Shown here: one piece after another, positions 1-8,972 of the stretch | Numbering within the stretch: the first letter of the stretch is position 1 | How the letters are laid out: each line of letters begins with the position of its first letter | IMG/VR virus record: IMGVR_UViG_3300036781_000826 | Coordinates: 1 to 59,978 of that record | DNA length: 59,978 nt | DNA from: a virus | Lineage: Duplodnaviria; Caudoviricetes | Direction: 5' to 3' (one strand) | Notes under the pieces: model-generated | The model's database searches: none | Seen by the model: the letters and a program-made list of their open reading frames with translations, nothing else | Told to the model about the DNA's origin: nothing | Translations under genes and position numbers: made by a program

Positions 1-1179
1 TCAGCCTCGCCTTTTCCGATCCACCTTCCCAGCTTCGGGATTATTCTGGGACTGCTCGACATCTTCTAGCGCGGCCAGCACGTCGGCGTCCATGGCGTGA
101 ACGTAGCGGTTGGTCGACTTCGGATCGAGGTGGCCGAGCAGGCGCTGCGTCACCTTCATGTTGCCGGATCGGCGCTGGATCGTTGTCCCAGCGTGGTGGC
201 GGGCGCCATGGATCACGCGGCCCTGGCGGATACCGGCGCGCTTGGACGAGGTGCGCAGGCGCTGCTGCAGGCCATAGTAGGTCAGCGCCATGAGCTTGAT
301 CGCGTCTTCGCCGGTGGCCTCGTCCTTCACGATCTCCTCGACGTACCAGATGGTGTCCAGGTCCGCGGCGGAGGCCCGGCCGATCCTGGCCGCGATTTCG
401 CGCGCGTCGGCGGCGAGTAGCGGAACAGAATGCGGCACGTCGAACTTGCGGCCCTTGATCCACGACAGCCTGGCCGGGGCGCCATCGGCCTCAGGGGTGA
501 AGGCGTCCAGCGGGAAGAACAGCTCCCCGAACCGCAGGCCGTAGGTCAGCAGCAGGCGCAGGGCCAGCGCCGCGGTCGGCCCGTTCTCTCCGATCCATGC
601 CGCGCGCTCGTCGCTCGAATAGACCCGCACCGTCTCGCGCGGGGTGTCGAGCGTCAGGTCGGCCCATGCGATCGCCGGCAGGCCCTTGGCCTCCCAATGG
701 ATCGCCGCCCGCCGCAGGATCGGGCGCAGGGTCTGGATCACGTCGCGGTTCACCGTGGCGTTGGCGACGGCGTACTCTTTGGCCCGGACCATGGCGCCCC
801 GGCGGTCCTTGCGATCCTTGCCCTTCTTGAATGTCTGACCTCGGCGCTTCTGGATCGCCGTAGAGATGACCGCCGTCGTGATCTCGGCGAGCCGGATGTC
901 CTTCGGGAAGAGCTTCACCAGGCGCTTGACCCTGGTCAACTGTTGGTCGGCGTCGCCTCGGTGCTGGCCGTGCTCCTGCCAGTACTTGCCGGCCGCCAAG
1001 TCGAGCGTGAGCTGTGAGGCCTCGCCTAACTTCCCATCGGCCGCCGCGATGCGCTGCCGCTCTTCGAACCTCTCCGCTGCGCGTCGGGTCGTCTGTCCGG
1101 TAGAGCCAGTATGCCGGCGCCCCTGGATGACGAAGTCGAATTGAAAGAAGCGGCTCTTGGCCGGCTTGTAGACCGACAT
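1..1179 (-). CDS. int: Tyrosine recombinase (phage integrase)
   Basis: Catalytic motifs GLRFGE, HGARH, LLGH, NRY; N-terminal arm-binding-like segment. Confidence 0.93.
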   Translation of the reverse strand: MSVYKPAKSRFFQFDFVIQGRRHTGSTGQTTRRAAERFEERQRIAAADGKLGEASQLTLDLAAGKYWQEHGQHRGDADQQLTRVKRLVKLFPKDIRLAEITTAVISTAIQKRRGQTFKKGKDRKDRRGAMVRAKEYAVANATVNRDVIQTLRPILRRAAIHWEAKGLPAIAWADLTLDTPRETVRVYSSDERAAWIGENGPTAALALRLLLTYGLRFGELFFPLDAFTPEADGAPARLSWIKGRKFDVPHSVPLLAADAREIAARIGRASAADLDTIWYVEEIVKDEATGEDAIKLMALTYYGLQQRLRTSSKRAGIRQGRVIHGARHHAGTTIQRRSGNMKVTQRLLGHLDPKSTNRYVHAMDADVLAALEDVEQSQNNPEAGKVDRKRRG

Positions 1180-1433
1180 GGCTCGGCAGGCCCTTCGCTG
1201 AGATAGGCGCGGAGATCACGCTCTGTGTAGGCGTCGCGCCGGCCGCGCGGGACCGACCGGACGATCCCGTCGGCAGTCATCTCCCCAAGGGTCTTCACGT
1301 CAACCCCGATGAGCGCAGCGGCGTCTTTAGCTGTGGCTATCGCTGTGGACGAGAATACGGCATCGAACCGAGCTTCGGTGATCCGGCCCAGATCCGAGCT
1401 AACGGTGAAGTCGGTCGGCGCCTGGCGGGTCAT
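1026..1433 (-). CDS. Excisionase-like HTH protein, 3' end overlapping int
   Basis: AKDAAALIGVDVKTL...YTERDLRAYL MerR/Xis-type HTH directly upstream of int. Confidence 0.7.
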   Translation of the reverse strand: MTRQAPTDFTVSSDLGRITEARFDAVFSSTAIATAKDAAALIGVDVKTLGEMTADGIVRSVPRGRRDAYTERDLRAYLSEGPAEPCRSTSRPRAASFNSTSSSRGAGILALPDRRPDAQRRGSKSGSASRRPMGS

Positions 1434-2266
1434 GCAGCAGCGTCTTTCGCCTCTTGCGGCAGGCCGGTGGCGAGGAGGGCCGCGTCGAGGTCGTCGGCGA
1501 CCTTGCGAATGCGGCCGGCCGCTGCGCCTAGACCCTGGTAGGCATGGAGAAGCCCGACGCGCTCAACGGCCCCCACGAGCGCCCCGATGCGGGAGGCCCT
1601 TGCCATGCTACCTGCCCAGTCGTGCAGGGAAAGGCCGCTGGCCGCTTCAAAGGCCGCGACCTGGGCGAAGACTTCGGCCGACTTCTTGGTGCGGCGCTCG
1701 ACCTCGGCGGCAACCCGTTCCTCGATCTTCTCGCGCTCCTTTTCGAGCGCCTCGCGAGCGGCCCGCTGTCGGTCGTCAGCCTCGCGGCGTGCGATCTCTC
1801 GCTGAGCGTCGTCAGACCGGCGCAGAAGGGCCGCCAGGAAACCACGGTCGCAGGGCTTCGCGTCGGTCTTCTCGGCCTCGCGCAGGGTGCGCCACTTCTT
1901 GCCGTCGAACTCGCGAACCCCCCACGCGGGCGGGACCTCGCTAAGGTCGTGGATGACGCCGGGCGCGACATGGACCCACCAGCGCTCGCAATAGGCGGCG
2001 ATCCGCTCCGCCTTGGTCGGGTCCAGGGCTTCGCGTTTCCAGTCGCTGCGGCTGATCTTGATCTCGACGCCGTGCAATTCCAGCCCGCGCGACGGCCAGA
2101 GCGACATCATCACCGCATCGGCGTAGCGAACCTTGCCAACCATTGACCCTGTCGCCGGCGCCACCTCCCACATGATCGCCCACTCCTGGGCGGTCCAGCG
2201 GGCTAGCATCGCCTTGCGGATGTCTGAGGCCGTCACCGGCGCTGGCTTGACGAGTCGTTCGCTCAC
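1430..2266 (-). CDS. MmcB-like PD-(D/E)XK nuclease-family protein
   Basis: YADAV...GVEIKISRSDW...K motif; coiled-coil C-terminus. Confidence 0.7.
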   Translation of the reverse strand: MSERLVKPAPVTASDIRKAMLARWTAQEWAIMWEVAPATGSMVGKVRYADAVMMSLWPSRGLELHGVEIKISRSDWKREALDPTKAERIAAYCERWWVHVAPGVIHDLSEVPPAWGVREFDGKKWRTLREAEKTDAKPCDRGFLAALLRRSDDAQREIARREADDRQRAAREALEKEREKIEERVAAEVERRTKKSAEVFAQVAAFEAASGLSLHDWAGSMARASRIGALVGAVERVGLLHAYQGLGAAAGRIRKVADDLDAALLATGLPQEAKDAAA

Positions 2267-2406
2267 AGCCCCGCCCCCCGTCGATCCCCGTCGATCCAGA
2301 AATCACAGCCCGGAAGCCCACGGCCACGCGCGTTATCCAGCACAGGGCATGTACAGCCTTGATCGAGAGCGGAGTCGCTTCCGGGGGTTGGGGTGGGAGG
2401 GGTCAC
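2263..2406 (-). CDS. Small phage protein (PGS..A...GCTCPVLDN)
   Basis: GTG start overlapping upstream stop; Cys motif. Confidence 0.45.
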   Translation of the reverse strand: MTPPTPTPGSDSALDQGCTCPVLDNARGRGLPGCDFWIDGDRRGAGL

Positions 2407-2759
2407 GGGCGGTTGGCCAGTTCGAGCAGCACGTCGGCGTGGCAGCACCCGTCCGACGCGTAGTGCGAGATAGGGCACCAGCAGGCGAGGTTCTTGCCAC
2501 GAAGCTCGGCGCGCGCCGCAGCGACGAGCGCCTCATTGTCGGGGGCCACGGCGCGGTAAAGGACGAAGGCGTGACGCTTGTCCTGAACAGGACGGCCGCC
2601 GCTGTAGGCGGACGGCTTGCCGGGGATGAATGGGTTGCCCCACTTTCTGGTCCTGTCCACCTTTACGGTGTTGGGCGGCATCCTCCAACCCTTGGCCCGC
2701 GAGAGTTGAACACGGATCGGGTGCTCACCCATTCCCGCCTCCCTGTCCGAGAGCGGCAC
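2403..2759 (-). CDS. DUF4326-family protein (start may lie ~27 nt downstream)
   Basis: KWGNPF...LRGKNLACWC...CHADVLLELAN signature. Confidence 0.85.
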   Translation of the reverse strand: MPLSDREAGMGEHPIRVQLSRAKGWRMPPNTVKVDRTRKWGNPFIPGKPSAYSGGRPVQDKRHAFVLYRAVAPDNEALVAAARAELRGKNLACWCPISHYASDGCCHADVLLELANRP

Positions 2760-2988
2760 GGCCTAGGTTGGTGACCGAATATCCGAGCACGCCGGGCTGA
2801 CCTCCCCACTTGCCGGAATACTGGATCAGCCCCTTGAGAATGCAGGCTCGCGCTGTGCCGCCGTGAACTCCAGCGCCCCCTTCGATCCACCACGTCGGCG
2901 AGCCTTCATCGCCGTTGCGTAGGGCGTTCGGGGTGTCGCCCATACGCTCCAGCAGCGCGCGTTGCGCCTTGGTCAGCTTCTCACTCAT
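2725..2988 (-). CDS. Hypothetical winged-helix-like protein
   Basis: KLTKAQRALL...YSVTNLGRAAL pattern; translationally coupled. Confidence 0.6.
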   Translation of the reverse strand: MSEKLTKAQRALLERMGDTPNALRNGDEGSPTWWIEGGAGVHGGTARACILKGLIQYSGKWGGQPGVLGYSVTNLGRAALGQGGGNG

Positions 2989-3268
2989 CGCGCTCTCCCT
3001 TCAGCATGGCGTGGACGCGGGCGGCTTCGCGGAAGTGGTTGGTGAAAATGCCCTCGATGCGCGGCGACGGGTTGTCTGGGTTGGGGATGCCACACTCAAT
3101 GACCGGACCCGTGAAGCCTTCGATCCTGAACTTCGCAAACGGCTCTAGCGCCTTCTCGGCTGCGGCGAGTTTGGTCTCGGCAGAGGAGAGGGCCTCGGCG
3201 GCTTCATTGAAGATGTCAGCGTGATGCTGGCGACGCGCCTTGAGCCTCTCGATCAGTTTACTGTTCAT
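2981..3268 (-). CDS. Hypothetical phage protein
   Basis: Coupled ORF in leftward operon. Confidence 0.6.
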   Translation of the reverse strand: MNSKLIERLKARRQHHADIFNEAAEALSSAETKLAAAEKALEPFAKFRIEGFTGPVIECGIPNPDNPSPRIEGIFTNHFREAARVHAMLKGERDE

Positions 3269-3446
3269 CGGTCGGCTCCTTGGTGAGTGTAGAACGCTTT
3301 GCCCAGACGGCAGCGATGTACGCGGGTGTGTTTTGGGGAGTCGCCGTCAGGTGAAAGTCATGAACGCACGTCTCAACTTCACCCTCGAATTGCACCGCAG
3401 GATGGAGATGAGGATGGCTAGAGCCGCACTTGGGACAGCGTTTCAT
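3258..3446 (-). CDS. Small putative Zn-binding protein
   Basis: CPKC...HP...C..DFH; coupled ORF. Confidence 0.55.
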   Translation of the reverse strand: MKRCPKCGSSHPHLHPAVQFEGEVETCVHDFHLTATPQNTPAYIAAVWAKRSTLTKEPTDEQ

Positions 3447-4114
3447 GTCGGCTCCTTAGTGAGGGCGGCTCGGAGTTCGGAAATGACGCCTTCGAGGTCC
3501 CAGTTCATTCCGATAGCAATCAACAGGTTCTCGGAGAGGTTCTCCAGCACCTTCGCCCTGGCTTCGGCGGATCGCTTATCATCGTCCAAGGCCTCAATGA
3601 GCCCACGCCATGGCTGCGGAATGGCGGCCAGAATATAAGCGATGCGCTTCGGCCTTTCCTCCACCTCGGGCTTGGCGGGAGGGAGAAGGGCGATGAAGAA
3701 GTCCGCGTCCTGAAGTTCTTGCTCAGTCGCAGCCATCTGCGGGTCAAAAGCGGCGCCTCGGCCGGTGCGCTCGAAACGATGGCGACGAAGTTCCCGCGCA
3801 ATCGCCTCCCGATCCACCTCTACGGGTGGGCGTTGGGCGAGGGCGAGGAGGGTGTCGAATTGTTCCCAATTCAAGATGCACCCGTTGCGCGTGAAACCGA
3901 GGCCTACAAGCCGATTGACTTGTAGGAACTCCTCGAAAGCCTCCACAGCGGCTTTCAGTTCAGCGTCTTGGGTCATCTGGAATGTGCGTTTGCAGTGGAC
4001 ACACCGCCTCGTCGTGCCGGGCGCGTAAGAGCCGTCGGCCTGTTTCTCGTCGCAACGTGCGTGGCCGTGAGAGCCGCACGCGGGGCACTTCCATAGGGGG
4101 TCATACTGGGTCAT
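3443..4114 (-). CDS. Hypothetical protein with N-terminal Zn ribbon
   Basis: CPAC...CVHC; ATGA coupling. Confidence 0.6.
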   Translation of the reverse strand: MTQYDPLWKCPACGSHGHARCDEKQADGSYAPGTTRRCVHCKRTFQMTQDAELKAAVEAFEEFLQVNRLVGLGFTRNGCILNWEQFDTLLALAQRPPVEVDREAIARELRRHRFERTGRGAAFDPQMAATEQELQDADFFIALLPPAKPEVEERPKRIAYILAAIPQPWRGLIEALDDDKRSAEARAKVLENLSENLLIAIGMNWDLEGVISELRAALTKEPT

Positions 4115-4518
4115 GGGGCGGTCCCCTCAAGGGCTTGGCGGCAAGCGTCCCGTGCGCGGCAAAGCGTCCCGTGAACGTCTTTATCCACGACTTGATTGCT
4201 TTCGATGTGTCGCCTCGCGAGGTCGAAAGATTTCTGAGCTTGAATTAGCGCCGCCCTCAGCCGCTCCAACTCCCCCGCGATCTCCAGCATGGCGGGAGGG
4301 TCGAAGGTGGCGATGTGGAGGGCGTTTTCGTGAGACTGTCGGTCTCGGTCGGTCGAATGCTGCGGACACATCGTCCGGCAAATCCGATGCGGAAAGGGTC
4401 CGAAACGTGCCAAATCCCCCGCGGCAGAAACCCCTCCGTCGTATGCGCTTTCATATCGCCATTCCGCCTGCGTCGCCTTCCCAGCGACAGCGCGGATTTG
4501 TTCGGGGGTGAGGGTCAT
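4111..4518 (-). CDS. Ead/Ea22-like protein
   Basis: A.KATQAEW...NALHIATFDPPAMLEI..ELERLR; GGAG RBS before ATG 4518. Confidence 0.6.
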   Translation of the reverse strand: MTLTPEQIRAVAGKATQAEWRYESAYDGGVSAAGDLARFGPFPHRICRTMCPQHSTDRDRQSHENALHIATFDPPAMLEIAGELERLRAALIQAQKSFDLARRHIESNQVVDKDVHGTLCRARDACRQALEGTAP

Positions 4519-4535
4519 GGAATCTCCTGAGGTGT

Positions 4536-5129
4536 TCATGCCGCGCGCTCCTCGGACGGCCCCGGCAGCCTCGCGAGGTAGTCCCGGTAGGCCGCCGCCG
4601 CGTCGAGATCGGCCACGCGGGTGGCGGCAGCATCGACGCCCAGGACCTCCCACCAGCGCTTAGGGGCGGGCAGGGCCGCGAAGCCCTCGTAGGCGCGCTC
4701 CATCATCGTCCCGCCGCCGTGGCGCTCCAGTTGACGCAAGGCCTCAAGGGCCAGCGTCAGGCTCCTGAAGTTGCCCTCGGCGTCGTGATACCGGTCGCAC
4801 GCCATCACGTAGGGCTTGCCGCCACGCTGAAAGTAGATGGCGACGCCTTCATCTTCTGGGCGCCGCTTGCCCTCGACTGGCGCCAGGCCCTTGACGGACG
4901 GAGCGCTGCCCTGCGGGAAGTTGGAGGAGATGACGCAGGTCTTGGCGCCGTGGCGCCAGATCTCCGAAAATAGCTCGTCTCGTGCAGCCGCGAAGGTCCA
5001 AGCCTGGGCCGACTTATAGCCGCGCCCTGTGTCGCGCTGGCGCTTAAAGGAGGAGTCGCCGTCTTTGCGCTGGCTGGGGGGCGTGCGCGGCCAGCCCTCG
5101 GGCCACGCCAGGGGATAGGCGACAGTCAC
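4536..5129 (-). CDS. Phage protein with degenerate C-terminal J-domain
   Basis: YPLAWPEGWPRT...MACDRY...WWEVLGV; no HPD motif. Confidence 0.7.
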   Translation of the reverse strand: MTVAYPLAWPEGWPRTPPSQRKDGDSSFKRQRDTGRGYKSAQAWTFAAARDELFSEIWRHGAKTCVISSNFPQGSAPSVKGLAPVEGKRRPEDEGVAIYFQRGGKPYVMACDRYHDAEGNFRSLTLALEALRQLERHGGGTMMERAYEGFAALPAPKRWWEVLGVDAAATRVADLDAAAAYRDYLARLPGPSEERAA

Positions 5130-5851
5130 GGCTGGATCCTTTCGAAAGACACGGCCCAAACCCAGGGGTTCGCGGCCCAAGAGCCGAGGCCGTTGATGTC
5201 TTCCCAGATGGCGCGGTAGGCGGTCTGGGCGGTGGCGCAGACCTGGCTTCGCTCGTTCATCCACGTGAGGATGCCCTCCGCACGCGCGTCAGCCTCGCTG
5301 ATGTCCTGAAGCCGCTCGATCCGCACGTCGGTGATGCGCAGGCTGATCCGGCTGGCCCAGCGGGGCATGTGGATGCCGGGGCGCTTCTTGAGCGACGAGT
5401 TCAGCGCGAAGATTTCGGCGGTGTAGGTGTCTGGGTGTCCCGGTCCATGGCCGGTCGCTCCCGACGCGAAGTGCACGAGGCCGCCCTCGAAGAAGCACCG
5501 CATGCCGAGGCCGGCGATCTCGCTCCGGTCGTACCAGGCGCTCTCCCTCACCCACAGCACGTCGCCGGGGACGCCGTAGGTCGAGTGCCCTTGCCACCGC
5601 GTCAGGATGGAGGGCGCTTGGTGCTCGAACGCCTTGGCCTGCCAAATCTGCACGCCGTCGAAGCGGCGGAAATCCTGGGCCCACTCGAACGCGGCTTCCA
5701 GCAGCTCCTGAGACGGCTTCTTCGAGCCGATGTGGTCGCCCATGAAGAGGCGGATGTTGTCGGACGTCACCACTCGCCGCGTCTGGGTCTTAGTCCCGGC
5801 GAGCAGGGCGCGGACCATCGGCCCGCTGAACAGGATCGGGCGGTCGGTCAT
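5126..5851 (-). CDS. ASCH/PUA-like phage protein
   Basis: PILFSGPMVRALLAGTKTQTRR...IHMPRWASRI...ANPWVWAVSF. Confidence 0.85.
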   Translation of the reverse strand: MTDRPILFSGPMVRALLAGTKTQTRRVVTSDNIRLFMGDHIGSKKPSQELLEAAFEWAQDFRRFDGVQIWQAKAFEHQAPSILTRWQGHSTYGVPGDVLWVRESAWYDRSEIAGLGMRCFFEGGLVHFASGATGHGPGHPDTYTAEIFALNSSLKKRPGIHMPRWASRISLRITDVRIERLQDISEADARAEGILTWMNERSQVCATAQTAYRAIWEDINGLGSWAANPWVWAVSFERIQP

Positions 5852-6171
5852 TTTGCGCTCCAGTCAGGGCAAATCGCGTCGAGCTGCGTGATCTGGTAGC
5901 CGTGGAAATCCGAGCCGAGGTCGCAGGCCCAGCGGCGCGCCTGGTCTTTCGGCCAGGGCGTCGAGGTGCGGTTGGAGCAGTTCGCGCACGAGGCACCAGT
6001 GGCGCGCAGTTCGTCGATCTTGACCTTCGCCACCGCTCGATGTCGGAGGCCGGCGCGCATCTTGCCGCCGCGCTTGCCGGTGATGGTGAGGGCGCGCGCC
6101 CATTCGGAGGGAAATAGCTGTGCGGCGAGGGCGCGTTGCGCCTCAAGCTCGGCGGTCGTTGGCTCGGTCAT
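5848..6171 (-). CDS. Hypothetical Cys-rich protein
   Basis: CANC...C...C; coupled ORF. Confidence 0.55.
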   Translation of the reverse strand: MTEPTTAELEAQRALAAQLFPSEWARALTITGKRGGKMRAGLRHRAVAKVKIDELRATGASCANCSNRTSTPWPKDQARRWACDLGSDFHGYQITQLDAICPDWSAK

Positions 6172-7220
6172 GCCCGCACCTCGGGCATCGCGTCGTGGAG
6201 CACGCCGTCCAGCAGGCGCCCGGCGGCCTTCTTGCCGACCAACTGCATCGGCCAGCCGTCGTCGCGGCGCTCGCCGTCTATCGCGAGCCGGAGGTGGCCG
6301 GGCGCGTTCGTCGGCCAGTGACCGCCGTCGTTGGACGGGCAGGCCGCCCAAGCACCCCACTGCTTGAAGAAGAACGCGACATCGGTCGCGGCGCAGGCGT
6401 CGCGGGTCCACGACACCCAGCGCGGGTGCATCGGGCGGGCACCTGGGCCACTTTCCCCGCCCATGATGATCTGGTTCAGGTGGGCGTGCGGTGCGGTGGC
6501 CGAGTGAACGCCTTCGGGCGCGTCGTGGTATTTCAGCCCGGCCAGAGCGTCGACGAAGTAGTGGCCGTTGCAGATCGACCGGAAGTCGACCCACTCAAGC
6601 GCGGGCTCGTAGCTGACGAAGCGGATCACCGTCGGACTGTCGAGCAGGTCCAGAACGCGCAGGGCGGTGCGCTCGTCCTCGACGGAGACGCCCAGCCAGA
6701 CGTTCGGCAGGGGCCACGCGCTGATGCTCGTTCCCTTGCCTGGCTGCAGGATGATGGGATTGGTCAACAGGCGACCTATGGGTGCCGCCTGCATCATCTC
6801 GGTGGCAATGCGCGACTGGACGTCCGGCGCGGTGAGGTAGGCCCGCATCCTAGCGGAGCGCTTCGTCAGCACCTGGTAGGTGTGCTGCCCGGCGATGGCC
6901 ATCCGAGCGAATACCTTGTCGATCCAGGCGTCCGGCACGCTCTCGTGGAACAGGTCGCCATGCGCGCAGACGAAGATCCTGCGCCGGCGGCGCCAGCTCA
7001 GCGGCTGGTCAATCCATCCTTCGTTCAGCCGGACCTGGCCGTTCCACGCGGGGCCGGCCTTGGTGTCGATCGTCAGGCCCTGCCGCGACGCCGTGTACTT
7101 CAGCCGCGTGCCGGCGAGCTTCATGGCGTAGCAGTTGGTGCAGCCGGGCGAGACGACGGAGCACCCGGTGATCGGGTTCCACGTCGCGTCGGTCCATTCG
7201 ATGTGCGAGCCGTCAGCCAT
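6168..7220 (-). CDS. DUF5131 / phage Gp37-Gp68 family protein
   Basis: IEWTDATWNPITGC..VSPGCTNCYA; GGESG; FFFKQWG. Confidence 0.93.
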   Translation of the reverse strand: MADGSHIEWTDATWNPITGCSVVSPGCTNCYAMKLAGTRLKYTASRQGLTIDTKAGPAWNGQVRLNEGWIDQPLSWRRRRRIFVCAHGDLFHESVPDAWIDKVFARMAIAGQHTYQVLTKRSARMRAYLTAPDVQSRIATEMMQAAPIGRLLTNPIILQPGKGTSISAWPLPNVWLGVSVEDERTALRVLDLLDSPTVIRFVSYEPALEWVDFRSICNGHYFVDALAGLKYHDAPEGVHSATAPHAHLNQIIMGGESGPGARPMHPRWVSWTRDACAATDVAFFFKQWGAWAACPSNDGGHWPTNAPGHLRLAIDGERRDDGWPMQLVGKKAAGRLLDGVLHDAMPEVRA

Positions 7221-7362
7221 AGACCTCGTCCATGGGCGCGGCGTCGAGGCTGTGCACGGCGAGGTACATCGTCGCCGCGTCGGTGAGCTCGAAGCACGGC
7301 TCGACCTCGATCAGGTCGCCCGGCTCGGCCACGCGCTCGGTGAGGGTCAGGACGTCATCCAT
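7213..7362 (-). CDS. Small acidic protein (49 aa, MDDVLTLTER...), not in ORF track
   Basis: Fills gap between coupled genes; GGAGG upstream. Confidence 0.5.
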   Translation of the reverse strand: MDDVLTLTERVAEPGDLIEVEPCFELTDAATMYLAVHSLDAAPMDEVYG

Positions 7363-7663
7363 TAACGGCCTCCGGTTGAATGAAGATGCGGACGGTGGGC
7401 GAGCCGCCGGCTTTCACTGGCTGGCCGGCGTCGAGTAGCCGCAACGCTTCACGGCCGGCGGCCAAGATCCGGTAGACACGCGTCTCGGTGTCGATCAGGC
7501 CGTCCGCGGCCATCGCCCGAGTGATGAACCTGAGCTTTTTGCGCTTCAGGTCCGAGAGGTGCGCGCACGTCACGGACTGCAGGTGCTCGAACGAGGCGGT
7601 GCCCTGGGCCAGGCGCCGCAGCACCGCGTGACAGCGCCCGTTCGGGGAGTAGTGGCCGTTCAT
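7355..7663 (-). CDS. Hypothetical winged-helix-like protein
   Basis: VLRRL...GLI...YRILAAGREAL; coupled. Confidence 0.55.
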   Translation of the reverse strand: MNGHYSPNGRCHAVLRRLAQGTASFEHLQSVTCAHLSDLKRKKLRFITRAMAADGLIDTETRVYRILAAGREALRLLDAGQPVKAGGSPTVRIFIQPEAVNG

Positions 7664-7908
7664 AGGAGATGCCCCTGCTCGACCAGGCTCTGCACCCTCA
7701 GGCCACAGCGCCCCTTCTTGCGGTAGGCCACCAGCCAGAGGTCCAATTCCTCGACGGAGATCGTCCACCGCTTCAGCGCATCACCCATGGTGATCTCGCC
7801 GGCATGGATGCGGCGCAGGACCTCCTCCTTGCGGGCAGGCGTCCACCTATCTACCGGGCCTTCGCCTGGAAGCTGGTCGCTAGGGGTGCGGAGGTGAGAC
7901 GGCATCAC
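7660..7908 (-). CDS. SciP-like (DUF1153) CtrA-inhibitor homolog
   Basis: RWTPARKEEVL..I..G.IT..DA.KRW.ISVEEL..W...Y...G..GLRV matches the DUF1153/SciP pattern. Confidence 0.8.
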   Translation of the reverse strand: MMPSHLRTPSDQLPGEGPVDRWTPARKEEVLRRIHAGEITMGDALKRWTISVEELDLWLVAYRKKGRCGLRVQSLVEQGHLL

Positions 7909-8972
7909 TCGCCGCGCGCCTCCGCTTCCGCGAGTTCGGCGCGGCGGTCGTCGAAGATCTGATCGAGCTCGACCTTCCGTTCGGGGTAGCCGGCGTCCAG
8001 GTCCTTCAGGAGTTGCTCGGCGGCGCGGCCGAAAGCATCGATCTTGATAGTGCTGGGCGCCTCGCGCAGGCGCTTCTCGTAGGCGTCGGCGCGCTGAGCA
8101 AGGGTGAGCTCGGCAGTGCGCGGCGCAGCCCCGCGATCACCAGGGAAGTCGCTGCCCGGCCCACTGGTCGGGGCATGGCTGCCCTTTGCCCAGGTGGCCA
8201 GCGCCGAGCCCATCTGCTCGTCTAGCGGGCGCGGGTTCTCCATGAGGCCACGAAACTGCTCCGGCAGCTTCATCATCATCCGCTCGCCGCGGTTCTCGGA
8301 TTTCCAGGTCGGCAGGCCGCCGGCGCCCGGCAACAGCAGGGCGTTCATGGTCATCTCGTAGACGAACTCATCGCCGGCGATCGGCATGAAGCCCATCGGC
8401 TCGATAACGGTCTTGTCGCGCCCATTGTCCTGCTGCTTCTTGACCGGCTTCGACGTCTCCTTGGCGCGGAAGCAGAAGATGAAGTTGGCGTTGAGCTGAA
8501 GCAGGCCGTTGATCAGCCGCCGGCGGGCCGCCTTGGGCTTTTGCCAAGCCAGCATGTTGAAGCGGTCGGCCTTCCAGGTGCCATAGTCATCTCCGGCGAG
8601 CCGCCGCATCTCCTGGTCCTGGAGGTCGATCAGGCCGCCGGGCCCCTCGTGCTCGTGGCTCATGCTGTCGACGATCACCACGCCGGCGCCCTGCTTCACG
8701 CAGAAGCGTAGAGCTTCGAGGTAATCGTCGGAGCCGAAGGGCGCCTCGAAGGGCACGTGCTTGAACTTGAAGCGGTCGGCGTAGTGCAGGCCGCGTCGCG
8801 CCTCGGTGTCGATCATGTAGATGTCGCCCCCGGCCACCTGCTGGATCCCGGTGGCCAGGCGCAGGGCGGAGAAGGTCTTGCCGCCGCCGGAGGGGCCCAT
8901 GAGGCCGACAAGCAGCGGGACTTGCTCCCGAACAGCCAGGGCGGCGGTGAAGTTGCGGGCTGGCGCGTTCAT
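7905..8972 (-). CDS. AAA ATPase, Sak4-like recombination protein
   Basis: Walker A GPSGGGKT, IDTE, VIVDSMSHE; next to exonuclease. Confidence 0.8.
   Translation of the reverse strand: MNAPARNFTAALAVREQVPLLVGLMGPSGGGKTFSALRLATGIQQVAGGDIYMIDTEARRGLHYADRFKFKHVPFEAPFGSDDYLEALRFCVKQGAGVVIVDSMSHEHEGPGGLIDLQDQEMRRLAGDDYGTWKADRFNMLAWQKPKAARRRLINGLLQLNANFIFCFRAKETSKPVKKQQDNGRDKTVIEPMGFMPIAGDEFVYEMTMNALLLPGAGGLPTWKSENRGERMMMKLPEQFRGLMENPRPLDEQMGSALATWAKGSHAPTSGPGSDFPGDRGAAPRTAELTLAQRADAYEKRLREAPSTIKIDAFGRAAEQLLKDLDAGYPERKVELDQIFDDRRAELAEAEARGE

Noticed and set aside
6168-7220. DUF5131 as part of a multi-gene modification or defence system
   Set aside because: No partner gene nearby; stand-alone copies are common in phage early regions.
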